This document shows positions 1 to 10,811 of a stretch of 64,000 nucleotides of DNA, piece by piece (position 1 is the first letter of the stretch; every line of letters begins with the position of its first letter). Where the stretch lies: positions 62,001 through 126,000 of the forward strand of contig JAANOX010000042.1 of assembly GCA_020184695.1 (NCBI GenBank), read 5' to 3'. The position numbers and the translations under genes are program-made. Under the pieces are notes generated by a model, which worked only from the letters and a program-made list of their open reading frames with translations, did no database searches and was not told where the DNA came from. This stretch comes from Histomonas meleagridis 2922-C6/04-290x (lineage: Eukaryota; Protista; Parabasalia).

Positions 1-375
1 GATCGTCATGTAAATGGATTCAAGAACTGGAATGGTGGGTATGAAGGATGGTTAGATTGGTGTAATACATTATACGAACCAGATGCACATTATAATGTGT
101 ATGGCCATCGATTAACATTACAACAATATAAAGATATGATGGGACAACTTTTCCAACATTACACCATGGAACTAGGCGAATTCGATAATATGATTATTAA
201 GGATGATTGGGCAGCAATTCGCTACAGTGTTAAGGTAAAGAATCTTGATACAAATGAAGAAATCTTACAACATACTATGGAATTTGTTAACTTTAAGCAA
301 AACCCAGAGCCTGTAGGTGTACGCGTTGTTGAAGGCTGGGCTCTTTCCGACAGTCCTCTTTCTGCTAAACACTAA
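1..375 (+). CDS. SnoaL/NTF2-like fold protein, 5'-truncated by the window edge
   Basis: The frame is open from base 1 (DRHVNGFKNWNGGYEGWLDWCNTLYEPDAHYNVYG...) to TAA at 373-375, followed by A (TAAA). The helix-then-beta-meander pattern (DNMIIKDDWAAIRYSV, TMEFVNF, VVEGWALS) resembles NTF2/SnoaL. The fold assignment is by eye. Confidence 0.55.
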   Translation, partial: DRHVNGFKNWNGGYEGWLDWCNTLYEPDAHYNVYGHRLTLQQYKDMMGQLFQHYTMELGEFDNMIIKDDWAAIRYSVKVKNLDTNEEILQHTMEFVNFKQNPEPVGVRVVEGWALSDSPLSAKH

Positions 376-497
376 AACTTTCTTGAATAAGATTTTCGAC
401 CGTTTATCATCAAACGTTATTGTGATTTGAATACTTTAAATGGTCGAATACTTAATTTGAATCAGTAAATGCTCAGCCAAAAAATGCCTTTATGAGA

Positions 498-503
498 TCA
501 TTT
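498..503 (+). promoter_or_regulatory. Initiator (Inr)-like TCATTT upstream of Hsp70
   Basis: TCATTT lies 5 nt before the ATG at 509 and matches the trichomonad Inr core TCAYT/TCATT. Confidence 0.55.
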
Positions 504-508
504 TTTTA

Positions 509-2482
509 ATGTCAGCAATTGGTATTGATCTTGGTACAACTTACAGTTGTGTCGGTGTCTTCAGACACGGTCGTGTCGATATTATCGCAAATGATATGGG
601 TAATCGTACAACCCCATCTTATGTTGCATTCACCGAAGATGAACGTCTTGTCGGTGATGCTGCTAAGAACCAAGCTGCCATGAACCCAACAAACACAGTT
701 TTCGATGCAAAGCGTATGATTGGACGTAAATTCAGTGATCCAGTCGTTCAAAAAGATATGCAACACTGGCCATTCAAGGTTGTTCGTGGTGATGCAGATC
801 GTCCAAGGATTCAAGTTCAATGGAAGGGTGAAACCAAACAATTCTACCCAGAAGAAATCTCAGCTATGGTTTTAGGTAAAATGAAGGAAATCGCCGAAAG
901 CCAACTTTCCAACAAAGTTACTGATGCTGTTGTTACAGTTCCAGCCTATTTCAACGATGGTCAACGTCAAGCCACCAAAGATGCAGGTGTTATTGCCGGT
1001 CTCAATGTTCTTCGTATCATCAACGAACCAACAGCCGCTGCTATTGCCTTCGGTCTTAACGAAAAATCCGACAACGAACGTCATGTTCTTATCTTCGATC
1101 TTGGTGGTGGTACATTTGATGTTTCCCTACTTGATATCGATGGTGGTATGTTCGAAGTGCGTGCCACAGCAGGTGATACACATCTTGGTGGTGAAGATTT
1201 TGATAACCGTATGGTTAATTACTTCGCAGATCGTTTCCAAAAGAAGTTCAAATGCGACTTAAGACAATCGCCACGTGCACTCCGTACATTACGAACAGCA
1301 TGCGAACGTGCTAAGCGAACATTATCCACAGCCACATCCGCATCAATTGTCTGCGATTCATTATATGAAGGCCATGATTTCATGGATAACATCTCACGTG
1401 CTATGTTCGAGAACTTAAATGATGAACTTTTCAGATCAACAATGAATCCAGTCGCACAAGTTTTAAGGGATGCAAACATGTCAAAGTCCGATGTCACTGA
1501 TATTGTTCTTGTTGGTGGTTCATCACGTATTCCACGTGTTCAACAATTGTTACAAGACTTCTTCAATGGTAAGCAGCCATGCCGTGGTGTTGATCCGGAT
1601 GAAGCAGTTGCATATGGTGCAGCAGTACAAGCAGCAATTATCAAAGGTGATACACACGAAGAAATCAAAGATATCTTATTGTTAGATGTTGCTCCACTTT
1701 CATTAGGTATCGAAACAGCAGGTGAAATTATGACAGTGCTGATTCCACGTAACACAACAATCCCATGCAAGAAGTCAAATGTCTTCACAACATTCTCCGA
1801 TAACCAGCCTGCAGTTACAATCAAAGTATACGAAGGAGAACGTTCACGAACACGCGACAACAACTTACTTGGTACATTCGATTTAACGGGTATTCCGCCA
1901 GCACCACGCGGCGTTCCACAGATTGAAGTTACATTCGATGTTAATGCCGATGGTATTATGAATGTTTCGGCACAAGATAAGTCAACAGGTAACGTGAAGA
2001 AGATCACAATCAAGAATGAGAAAGGACGTCTTTCACAAGCAGATATCGATAGAATGGTTGCAGACGCAGAGAAGTACAAAGCACAAGATGAAGAAGTGCG
2101 TAAGAAGGTTGAGGCTAAGAACGCACTCGAAGGATACTGCTTCGGCGTACGCAACTCATTAAATCAAGAACAGTTCGCTAACGCATTGTCACAATCAGAT
2201 AAGGACACAATCAACAAGGAGATCAATGACACGCTCGCATGGATCGACGCTAACCAAGACGCAGACGTCGCTACATTCGAAGCTAAGCAGAAGGAACTCG
2301 AAGGCAAGTTAATGCCACTCATGCAAGCTGCATACCAAAACGCAGCTGGCGGCGCACAAGGCGGAATGCCAGGAGGCATCGACCCATCAATGTTCGCGAA
2401 CATGCAAGGAGGCGCAGGCCCATCACCAGGCGCTTCAACTGGTGGACACTCATCAGGACCACGTGTCGAGGAAGTCGATTAA
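509..2482 (+). CDS. HSP70: Cytosolic heat shock protein 70
   Basis: 657 aa with [48 protein letters not shown] repeats and a C-terminal EEVD. Confidence 0.98.
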   Translation: MSAIGIDLGTTYSCVGVFRHGRVDIIANDMGNRTTPSYVAFTEDERLVGDAAKNQAAMNPTNTVFDAKRMIGRKFSDPVVQKDMQHWPFKVVRGDADRPRIQVQWKGETKQFYPEEISAMVLGKMKEIAESQLSNKVTDAVVTVPAYFNDGQRQATKDAGVIAGLNVLRIINEPTAAAIAFGLNEKSDNERHVLIFDLGGGTFDVSLLDIDGGMFEVRATAGDTHLGGEDFDNRMVNYFADRFQKKFKCDLRQSPRALRTLRTACERAKRTLSTATSASIVCDSLYEGHDFMDNISRAMFENLNDELFRSTMNPVAQVLRDANMSKSDVTDIVLVGGSSRIPRVQQLLQDFFNGKQPCRGVDPDEAVAYGAAVQAAIIKGDTHEEIKDILLLDVAPLSLGIETAGEIMTVLIPRNTTIPCKKSNVFTTFSDNQPAVTIKVYEGERSRTRDNNLLGTFDLTGIPPAPRGVPQIEVTFDVNADGIMNVSAQDKSTGNVKKITIKNEKGRLSQADIDRMVADAEKYKAQDEEVRKKVEAKNALEGYCFGVRNSLNQEQFANALSQSDKDTINKEINDTLAWIDANQDADVATFEAKQKELEGKLMPLMQAAYQNAAGGAQGGMPGGIDPSMFANMQGGAGPSPGASTGGHSSGPRVEEVD

Positions 2483-3048
2483 ATGAATAAAATGTGAAGC
2501 TTAAATAATGTAAATTTTAGGTGAATGTATAATCAGTCAGGCTCAGCAGTGAGAATGTAAATACTTCATGAAAATTAAATGAATGTTTATATTTATGAAG
2601 TTAATATTTTGGCTAGAAACTATTTAAAAAGAATATTAACACATTTCAACTAAAATTAATGGAGGTGCCATAAAAGACTTTCACCTTTATATCTTTTAAT
2701 TTAGTAATAAAAACCGTACATATATGGAACATATCACCACCTCTCATATAATTACGAATTTGGGCGAGTCAAGTGTATATCGTTTTGTTACATGAAAATT
2801 TAAATATTGTTTGTGTCGTGAAACGGAAAGTATCAATTTAAAAAGTTAACTTAACAGGAAATTTGTATTAGGATGCACCAAATGTGGCTTTATCAAATTT
2901 TTTTCGTTTAAGCCTCATTGATTCTTTTAATTTCCTTATTTTATAAGATAATGAACAATAACTTTTAATGTTATTTAAATCAAAAATATAATAATATGAA
3001 AAAATGATTACAAAAATTTACTTTTACTAGTCGAAATATATTTAAGGT

Positions 3049-4007
3049 TTATCTTTTATTTATATATTTAATATGATAAACTTTTTTCGTGTTATTGTCA
3101 TTTTCTTTTTGTTTAAGTAATTTAACTACTTCTGTATGATCATTTTCAGATGCCCACATAAGTGCTGTTTTAAATAATATAAATAATTTTCAAATATTAT
3201 TTTGAAATAGCAAAATATCAAAATAAATTTTAAATAAAACAAATAAATATTTTTAGTATTAATATCAATTCCTTCTTGTTCAAGAAGTAATTTAACTACT
3301 TCTGTATGACCATTTTCCAATGAATATATAAGTGCTGTCTCAAATAACATAAATAAATTTCAAATATTATTTTGAAATAGTAAATTATTAAAATAAATTA
3401 TAATTAAAACAAATAAATATTTTTGGCATTAACATCAATTCCTTTTGTTTAAGAAGTAATTTAACTATTTCTATATAGCCTTTTCCAGATGCCCACATAA
3501 GTGCTGTTTTAAATAATATAAATAATTTTCGAATATTATTTTGAAATATAAAATTATTGAAATAAATATAAAATAAAACAAATAAATATTTTTGGCATTA
3601 ACATCAATTCCTTTTTGTTCGAGAAGTAATTTAGCTATTTCTGTATAGCCATTTTCCAATGAATATATAAGTGCTGTCTCAAATAACATAAATAAATTTC
3701 AAATATTATTTTGAAATATCAAATTATTAACATCAATTATTTTTGTATCATAAAAAGAATCTTGATTTGGTATATCACGCTTTAATTTTTTGATTTCATT
3801 TTCAGTTTTGTAATGTATAAAATATAATGAATTAATAGATTCAATAACTTTAATAGAAATAATGTTCTCTTCGATCATCTTTTCCAAAAGATAATTAGAT
3901 CCATCTCGTAAAAAAAATCCTTTTAAAATAATCACAAAAATATTATAAATGTTCAAATCATTTTTGTTAAAATGCTTTCCAATTTCAGATAAAAATTGAA
4001 GAACCAA
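3049..4007 (-). pseudogene. Internally deleted DUF3447-like/ankyrin gene with spacer-interrupted repeats
   Basis: An N-terminal remnant (3699-4007) joins directly into a partial spacer. Four ankyrin cores follow (TALIYSLENG / TALMWAS, alternating), separated by 80-nt spacers at 3508-3587, 3339-3418 and 3169-3248. One core has a 1-nt loss in an A run. The stop is at 3049-3051. Confidence 0.7.
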
Positions 4008-4597
4008 ATCTATATCACATCCTCGAGGATCAACTGTTATTCAAATTGAAAATTGTATTTTTAAGGAGCGTTGCCTCTTTTAAGTATTTGCCTTGGTTTT
4101 GCATAATGGAATGAAATTTTTCTTGACTGACAGAGGGCGGAAGAGACATGAGTTTTAAAAAATTTGAGTTTTAATTAGAAATTTTGAATCATTTTTTATC
4201 GTTTATATGACAATAATAAACCAAGCATATACATCAATTCCAATGAAGTGATAAATGATTTCTTTAAGCATTTGATGAAAAATATATTAATGCTTCTCTT
4301 AACTCATAAATATTTTCATCATTTTCTCTAAATAAATATATTTCATAATTACAAGAAGAAACGCATTTTTTAACTTTATGATTAATTTCTTAAAAATATT
4401 TATTCTTGACTAACTTTTTCAGTACTTTACTTGATTACTGGTCAGAAAAAAAAATTATACCACTTTTGCTTACGAATAATATAAATATTACAAAAATAAA
4501 ATTTTTTTTTTACTGCTTAGATCTTTTCGCTTTGCTCAAAAAGTGCGCCATAAACTTTTAATTTAAATCTCTTCAGAAATTCAAAAAATTGAAAAAA

Positions 4598-4669
4598 TGG
4601 ATGTGTGGGGGATCGAACCCCAGGCCTCTACAATGCAAATGTAGCGCTCTACCACTGAGCTACACACCC
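4598..4669 (-). tRNA. tRNA-Ala (TGC)
   Basis: GGGTGTG/CACATCC acceptor stem with G3-U70, D arm AGCTCAGTGGTAGAGCG, anticodon stem CTACA/TGTAG with loop TTTGCAT, T loop GGTTCGATCC, and a downstream oligo-T. Confidence 0.97.
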
Positions 4670-5108
4670 TTTCATTTGTTATTTGAAAATTATATCTATA
4701 ATTATGAATTTATACAATGATTATTTCATTTGAACTTTACATACAGTATATACTATTTATTCATTTTTAAATAATTGCTTTGATATTTATAATATATGTG
4801 AAGATTCATATTAAAGTTAAAACTTAATATTTAATATCACAAAAATTATTTTTAATATTATGAAGAACTTATTATTTTATAAAAAAATCTTCAAATGCAT
4901 TTACTTATTTTCAATTATTTTAATGAATTGTTTCACAATGTCCCCTTATTGTAAATTACAAACAGTAGCATCAAATAAACTGTTTGGAAGATTTATACTT
5001 TTAAACCTTCTTAAGAGAAAATTAAATCCATTTACATGTAGAAAATCAGCTGACATTAATTCAGCCTTTTCTATGGGAAACAATTCATAATATTGTAACC
5101 CATTAAAA

Positions 5109-6194
5109 TTATTTTGAAGAATTTTCTTTTGAACCAATATCGAACATAAATGTTCCAGTTTTTTTAGGTCTTTCGACTTTCACTGTTGCAGATAACTTGG
5201 ATGCATTTACCAAGGCACGTTGCTCAGCGTCGAGTACTGGTGTATGAAACTTTGGCTTTTCTACTGAGATATTTGGTTGTCGTTTTTCGACGGTTGGAGG
5301 TGGCTCATTCTGAACTTTACTTACGTCGGTTTTGGGCGGTTCTTTTGATGCTTCTTTTGGCGCAGCGTAGAAAAATTTGTTTTGGTGTCTCCTTTTTGGG
5401 TATTGTTTGTCATCGGAAGAATTCCTGATTTTGTTTCGGAGATTTTTTGCTTCATTTTTCTTTGAATGAATTTGATCTTCTAATGATCTTTCAATTTCCA
5501 TATTTTTTTGTTTTTCTTGACAATATTTATTCCAATAATATTTTGCAACAGATATTGAAAATTGTGGAGCTTTTCGATAATCAACATTTTCATTATATAA
5601 GAGATTATCAATTTCTTCTTCAGTCAAAGAATCGACTTTTACGTGATCAAGTAGAAAAGAATATTTCCTTCCGACAAAAGAGCAAATGAAAAGAACAATT
5701 TTTGCTAAGAGATGTTGATCAGTAACATGGCATTTTGGATGTTTGAGAACTTCGTCAATTATCTTAGGCGGAATAAGAGCAAATTGTTTTCTTTGTAAAA
5801 GTTGATCAATGCATTGAGCCATATGTGGAATAAGTTCTTTAAGTGATTGTTTTTTACTAATGCATTCCATAGCATTACAAAGGACATCGTCTGGAGTTTG
5901 AGGAGTTGGTTGATAAAGGGCAATTTGTTTCTTTAAAGTATCAACACCCCATTCTTCAGCAAACATTGTAAGATCATTTATATTTGATGGCGTAATCTTA
6001 ACAGTTGATCCCTGGACAGCAGGAAGGCAAGAAATAAAAGCAGAAACAGATTGCTCTCCTTCAATTTTCATTTGAAGGTCTGAATTTGGCTTGTAATAAC
6101 TTGAAAAAACAGTTGAGTATTTTGCAAATGCGACTGGGTCAATTGTTATTCTTTGATCATTATAAACGATCGTTAATCTTTTGTCTGTTTCCAT
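5109..6194 (-). CDS. Hypothetical protein with a BTB/POZ-like N-terminus, coiled coil and low-complexity tail
   Basis: 361-aa ORF. ITPSNINDLTMFAEEWGVDTL resembles BTB helix motifs. AAAGTGAC lies just upstream of the ATG. Confidence 0.6.
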   Translation of the reverse strand: METDKRLTIVYNDQRITIDPVAFAKYSTVFSSYYKPNSDLQMKIEGEQSVSAFISCLPAVQGSTVKITPSNINDLTMFAEEWGVDTLKKQIALYQPTPQTPDDVLCNAMECISKKQSLKELIPHMAQCIDQLLQRKQFALIPPKIIDEVLKHPKCHVTDQHLLAKIVLFICSFVGRKYSFLLDHVKVDSLTEEEIDNLLYNENVDYRKAPQFSISVAKYYWNKYCQEKQKNMEIERSLEDQIHSKKNEAKNLRNKIRNSSDDKQYPKRRHQNKFFYAAPKEASKEPPKTDVSKVQNEPPPTVEKRQPNISVEKPKFHTPVLDAEQRALVNASKLSATVKVERPKKTGTFMFDIGSKENSSK

Positions 6195-6199
6195 ATAAT

Positions 6200-6207
6200 G
6201 TCACTTT
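6200..6207 (-). promoter_or_regulatory. AAAGTGAC promoter-like motif
   Basis: It lies 5 nt upstream of the ATG at 6194. The same octamer recurs intergenically at 23740-23747 (minus), 26833-26840 and 55398-55405. Confidence 0.5.
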
Positions 6208-6394
6208 GCATAAAAATTTCAAAAAGTGAATTTTATCGTTAAATTTTATAATTTTTTTTTCGTATTAATACTTCTTTTTATCTGATAAATTTTTTTAATT
6301 GCATTTGAAAACAAAAGTTGTTGTTAACAACATTATTCTTTATAAAAAAATATTTAAGAATTCTTAAGTGTTTACTTTAATACTTCGAAAGCAC

Positions 6395-9300
6395 TTATTC
6401 ATCTTGATCATTTTGTTGTTGTGACTTTTTTTCACAGTTAGCAATAAATTGTTCTATATCAATTCCTTCGTGTTCCAAAAGCATTTTAATAATATCAACG
6501 AATTTATTTTTCAATGCGAAAATGAGCGCATTATAAAATCAATTAAATGAATTCCAAATATAAATTATAAACTTGAAATAAATAAATTAAACAGAAAGCA
6601 CAATATAAACTGTGTTTTAGCTGCGGTATCAATTTCTTCTCTTTCAAGAAGTAACTTCACGATTTCAACTCTATTATTATTTGCAGCTAACATTAATGCA
6701 GTTGTAAATCATTTTAATAAACTCCATAAAAACGTTAATCAATATCAACTCTTTTTGCATTTACATTAATCTCTTTTCGATTAAGAAGCATTTTAGTAAT
6801 TTCAAGATAACCAAGATTAGCCGTAACCATTAAAGGAGTTTGAAATCATTTAAGAAAACATTATTTTTAATAATAAAACATAAAATATATTAAACGAAAC
6901 TTTAAATGATTAATATTTAATATCACCAGCATTAATATCGACTCCATCTCTTGCTAAAAACAATTTAACAGCTTCGATATTATTCTTCACGCATGCAATC
7001 TTAAATGCTGTTTCAAATTCTTCATTTAAATTCCATGAAATTTATATAAATATTTTATTGTGTTAATAAAAACTTTATAAAAGAAATGAACATCTCCACA
7101 ATTAAGTTCAATTCCATCTTGATCAAGAAGTAATTTTATAATTTCTGAATTATCATTATCATCTTTAGTCGACATAACTGCAATTATTAAAGCTGTTTCA
7201 TATAATTCAAATAAATTTTAAAAATTAAAATGAAATTTTAAATATTTTTGTTAAACCTTAAACAATATTAACAAATGTTTTTATGGTTAATATCAATTCC
7301 TTTTTGAGCTAATAGTAATTTTACTACATCTACATGACCATTTTTACATGCGCACATTAAACCATTCCAAAATATTATTTAAAAATTCCAAATTTTATAT
7401 ATAAATATCAAATTATTTAAATAAATAATATCTAATTTATTCACATCCATTCCTTTTTCAAGAAGTAATTTAAGAATTTCACATCGACCATTAATACATG
7501 CGTAAATTACTGCAGTCCAAAATATATTAAACAAATTCCAAAAATTAATAAAAAACTTGAAATATTTTAAACAAATAATAAATAAATCATCCAAACAGAA
7601 TGTGCATTAATATCAATATCTTTTTGATCAAGTAAAAACTTAACAATATCAACGTTATTTCTTAACGATGCACTCATTAAAGCAGTTTGAAATGAAACAA
7701 ATAAATTCCAAATTTTGATATGAAACTTGAAATTATTGAAACATATTTTAAAAATTTGATTTTAATAGTTTTAGCATTAATATTAGCGCCATGTTCAAGA
7801 AGTAATTTCGCGATTTCAACTTTTCCACAATTACATGCAGTAATGAAAGGCGTTTCAAGTAATAAAAATAAATTCCAAAACAAAACTTTAAACTTTAAAT
7901 TAAAAAAAGAAACAGAAAATATATACATAAAAATATTCTTTGTTTCGATATTTATTCCTTTTTGTTCAATAAGGAATTGAACAATATCACTAGCACCAAT
8001 AGAACTTGCAATCATAATTGGTGTCCAATATAAATTAAATAAATTCCAAATTATATATTAAAACTTCATAATATTAATTTAAATTTTAAATTAATAAATG
8101 AAAAATCTTTTGCATTAACATCATCACCTTTTTCGATAACTTTTTTAACAAGTTCTAATGATTTTAATTGACATGAATACATTAATGGTGTAAAAAATAT
8201 AATTTTGAAATTCCAAAAATTATTTTTAAACTTCAAATCAATAAAATTAACTTTAAATAAAAATTTTTAATATTTTTCAGAGTCAAATTAATTCCATCTT
8301 GTTCTAATAGTAAATCAATAACTACACGATTTGACATACCGCCATTGCAAAATCCTGAGAATGCCCAATGAATTGCAGTCCAAAATAAGTTAAAAAAATT
8401 CCAAATATTTTTAGTAAATATAAAATTATCATAACAAACAATAAATATAATTTATAAATATTTTGTGCATTAATATTAATACCTTTTTGTTCTAAAAGTA
8501 ATTTAACAACATCAGTATGTCCATGCCAAGCTGCATAGATAAGTGGTGTATAAAATAATTTGAACAAATTCCAAATTTTATACCAAAACTTCAAAATTTT
8601 AAATTAAACATCAAATATAATAAACAAATATTCTTTTCATTAACATCATATCCAGCATCTAAAAGTAATTTAACATTTTCTACATGACCATAACGAGATG
8701 CAAGTAATAATGGTGTCCAAAATAATATCAAAAAATCCCAAATATTATTTTAAAATATCATCATAACAAAAAATAAAACATTTTTAGCTTTAAGATCAAT
8801 TCCTTCTCTTTGAAGAAGCAATTTCACTATTTCAGTTGATCCATAACCAGATGATATCATAAGAGCTGTATCAAATAATTTAAATAAATTCCAAATATTA
8901 CATTGAAATTTTCAATCATTAAGATAAACATTAAAAATATAAAAACTAACAGCTTTAGCATTAATATCAATTTCTTTATGTTCAAGAAGTAATTTAGCTA
9001 AATCAACATAATCATTTTCAGCTGCCCACATTAAAGCTGTTTCAAAATCATTAAACAAATTCCAAAAATTATTATTTAATATTAAAAAACTAAAATAAAC
9101 ATTAAAAATATAAAAATTAATATCACGAGCATTAATATCAATACCATTTTGTTCAACTAAATATAGAACGAGATCCATATTATCAGAATCCATAGCTAAA
9201 GGTAATATATCATTCGGAATCTTATTACCTTCGGCCAAAATCTTCGTTAAATATAAATTTCCTGTTTCCACGGATTTATTTATAAGCATACTTGTAACTT

Positions 9301-10282
9301 TTAATCCATTTTTAAGTAAATATGAAAGTAATTCATAATTGCTATGTTCAATACATTCTTCGCCTAATTTATTTATATCTTTCACTTCGGCAATTTTAGA
9401 TTCGAAAAGTTTCTTAAATATATCATTTCGATGATATTCGATAGCAACTTCATATGTACCTTCGAAAGATGCATTTTTTCCTTTACATATTTCAATGATT
9501 TCTTCGTTTTCTCCAATAACAGCAAATTTACTTGCGTCATTTAATTCGGCTCCTCCTTCTAATAAGAATTTAAAACATTTAATTGACCCATAAAATGCGG
9601 CATAATTAATAAGTGGTACATTATCCTTATTAATATATGAATATTTCTCATAAAGAAATGGTTCGATTTTAGAATTGAATTTGAAATATTCATTTTTCGA
9701 TAATTCTTTTAACTGATCAATATCATCTTCTCGAAGCATTGTTGCAATCGCTAATGGATTAACACCTTCTTCGATTAAGATTTTCTGAATCTTCCATCCA
9801 TCTTTGTAGAAATCTTCAAAATTCGAAAAAAATTGACGAGCAAATCTGTTCTCTTTTAATGATATAATTTTTTCAGCTGTGAAATATTGTGCAAAGTAAA
9901 AGGTTTCAGTATTCTTAATTGCTAATGGATTAATTATATGATTTTCAATCAATTCATATAATATATAATATGCTTCTTGAGTTTGGAGATGAAGAAGATT
10001 TTCTACTAGTCGAACAACAATAAAATTCCTGTTCTTCATTTCGCATTCTTTTAAAGCAAGTGATTTTAAAAACGATAAATAAGCATCCTCCATTGAATGT
10101 TGTGAAACAAACGTTGAATATGCAAGTTTACTTAACATATCATTGAAAGAAAAAGAATTAGATGGCTCAAAAAATTTCATTATAGAATCAACAGCTTCTT
10201 CATAGTTATCTTCGCTTAAGTTTGCAAGTAATTTTTGGAATGATTCGAGATCTTCAAGTGTCATTGACTTCACCATATTCAA
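6395..10282 (-). CDS. DUF3447-like plus ankyrin-repeat protein whose array is interrupted by 16 non-canonical spacers
   Basis: ORF 8912-10282 encodes the family N-domain (LREDDIDQL, IEPFLYEK, LINYAAFYGSIKCF) and the first ankyrins. Stop-free ankyrin cores continue to a normal C-terminal tail (LLEHEGIDIEQFIANCEKKSQQQNDQDE*, stop 6395-6397). A continuous protein requires removing or bypassing the spacers. Confidence 0.75.
6533..9121 (-). repeat. Tandem array of ankyrin core plus spacer units (about 170 nt period, 16 spacers)
   Basis: Spacers measured from K[DN] to T[AP]L: 9041-9121 (81), 8870-8950 (81), 8717-8779 (63), 8550-8629 (80), 8380-8459 (80), 8192-8271 (80), 8025-8104 (80), 7854-7934 (81), 7687-7766 (80), 7517-7596 (80), 7367-7429 (63), 7197-7276 (80), 7012-7091 (80), 6840-6921 (82), 6703-6749 (47), 6533-6612 (80). 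Confidence 0.9.
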
Positions 10283-10811
10283 AATGACATGACCATATAT
10301 GCATTGAATGTTTAAATTAATTTATTGAATGGAAAATAAACTTTGTGAAGAGATAACCGCCTGGTTAAAGTAGATACAACGGTAAAATTTTGGGAAAAAT
10401 TATCATCTGTCAAAATTTTTGATGTGTATTAAATGTTTTTCTTATCTTTTGATAATGTCGATGATAAAAATGCATAAATCAATTTGTTGAGTTCGAAGAA
10501 TTCGACATCAATTTTTATATTTGTGAAAATTTTTTCTTGAATATTTTTTCTTGTTTGTACAAACAAAAATTAATGTAGTTCATGTTGTGGAGTACAGTAA
10601 TGAATATATATATATCTAAGAATACCTTAAATCCAAACACATTTCTTTATCAGTATGAATGCTCCTCATCAACCATTTTTGAAAAGAAACTTATTGTTAA
10701 TTTTCAATGTAAAGTAAATTTTTAAGAATTTCTTTCCTTAAAAAAAAAAAAAAATTGTAATGTTTACTCTAGCAACATTTAATTTTTTATTACATAATAC
10801 ATTAGTTTGCA

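Noticed and set aside
512-2403. Long antisense and alternative-frame ORFs overlapping Hsp70, Ski2, copine and others
   Set aside because: These are shadow ORFs arising from codon bias in real genes and have no recognisable motifs.
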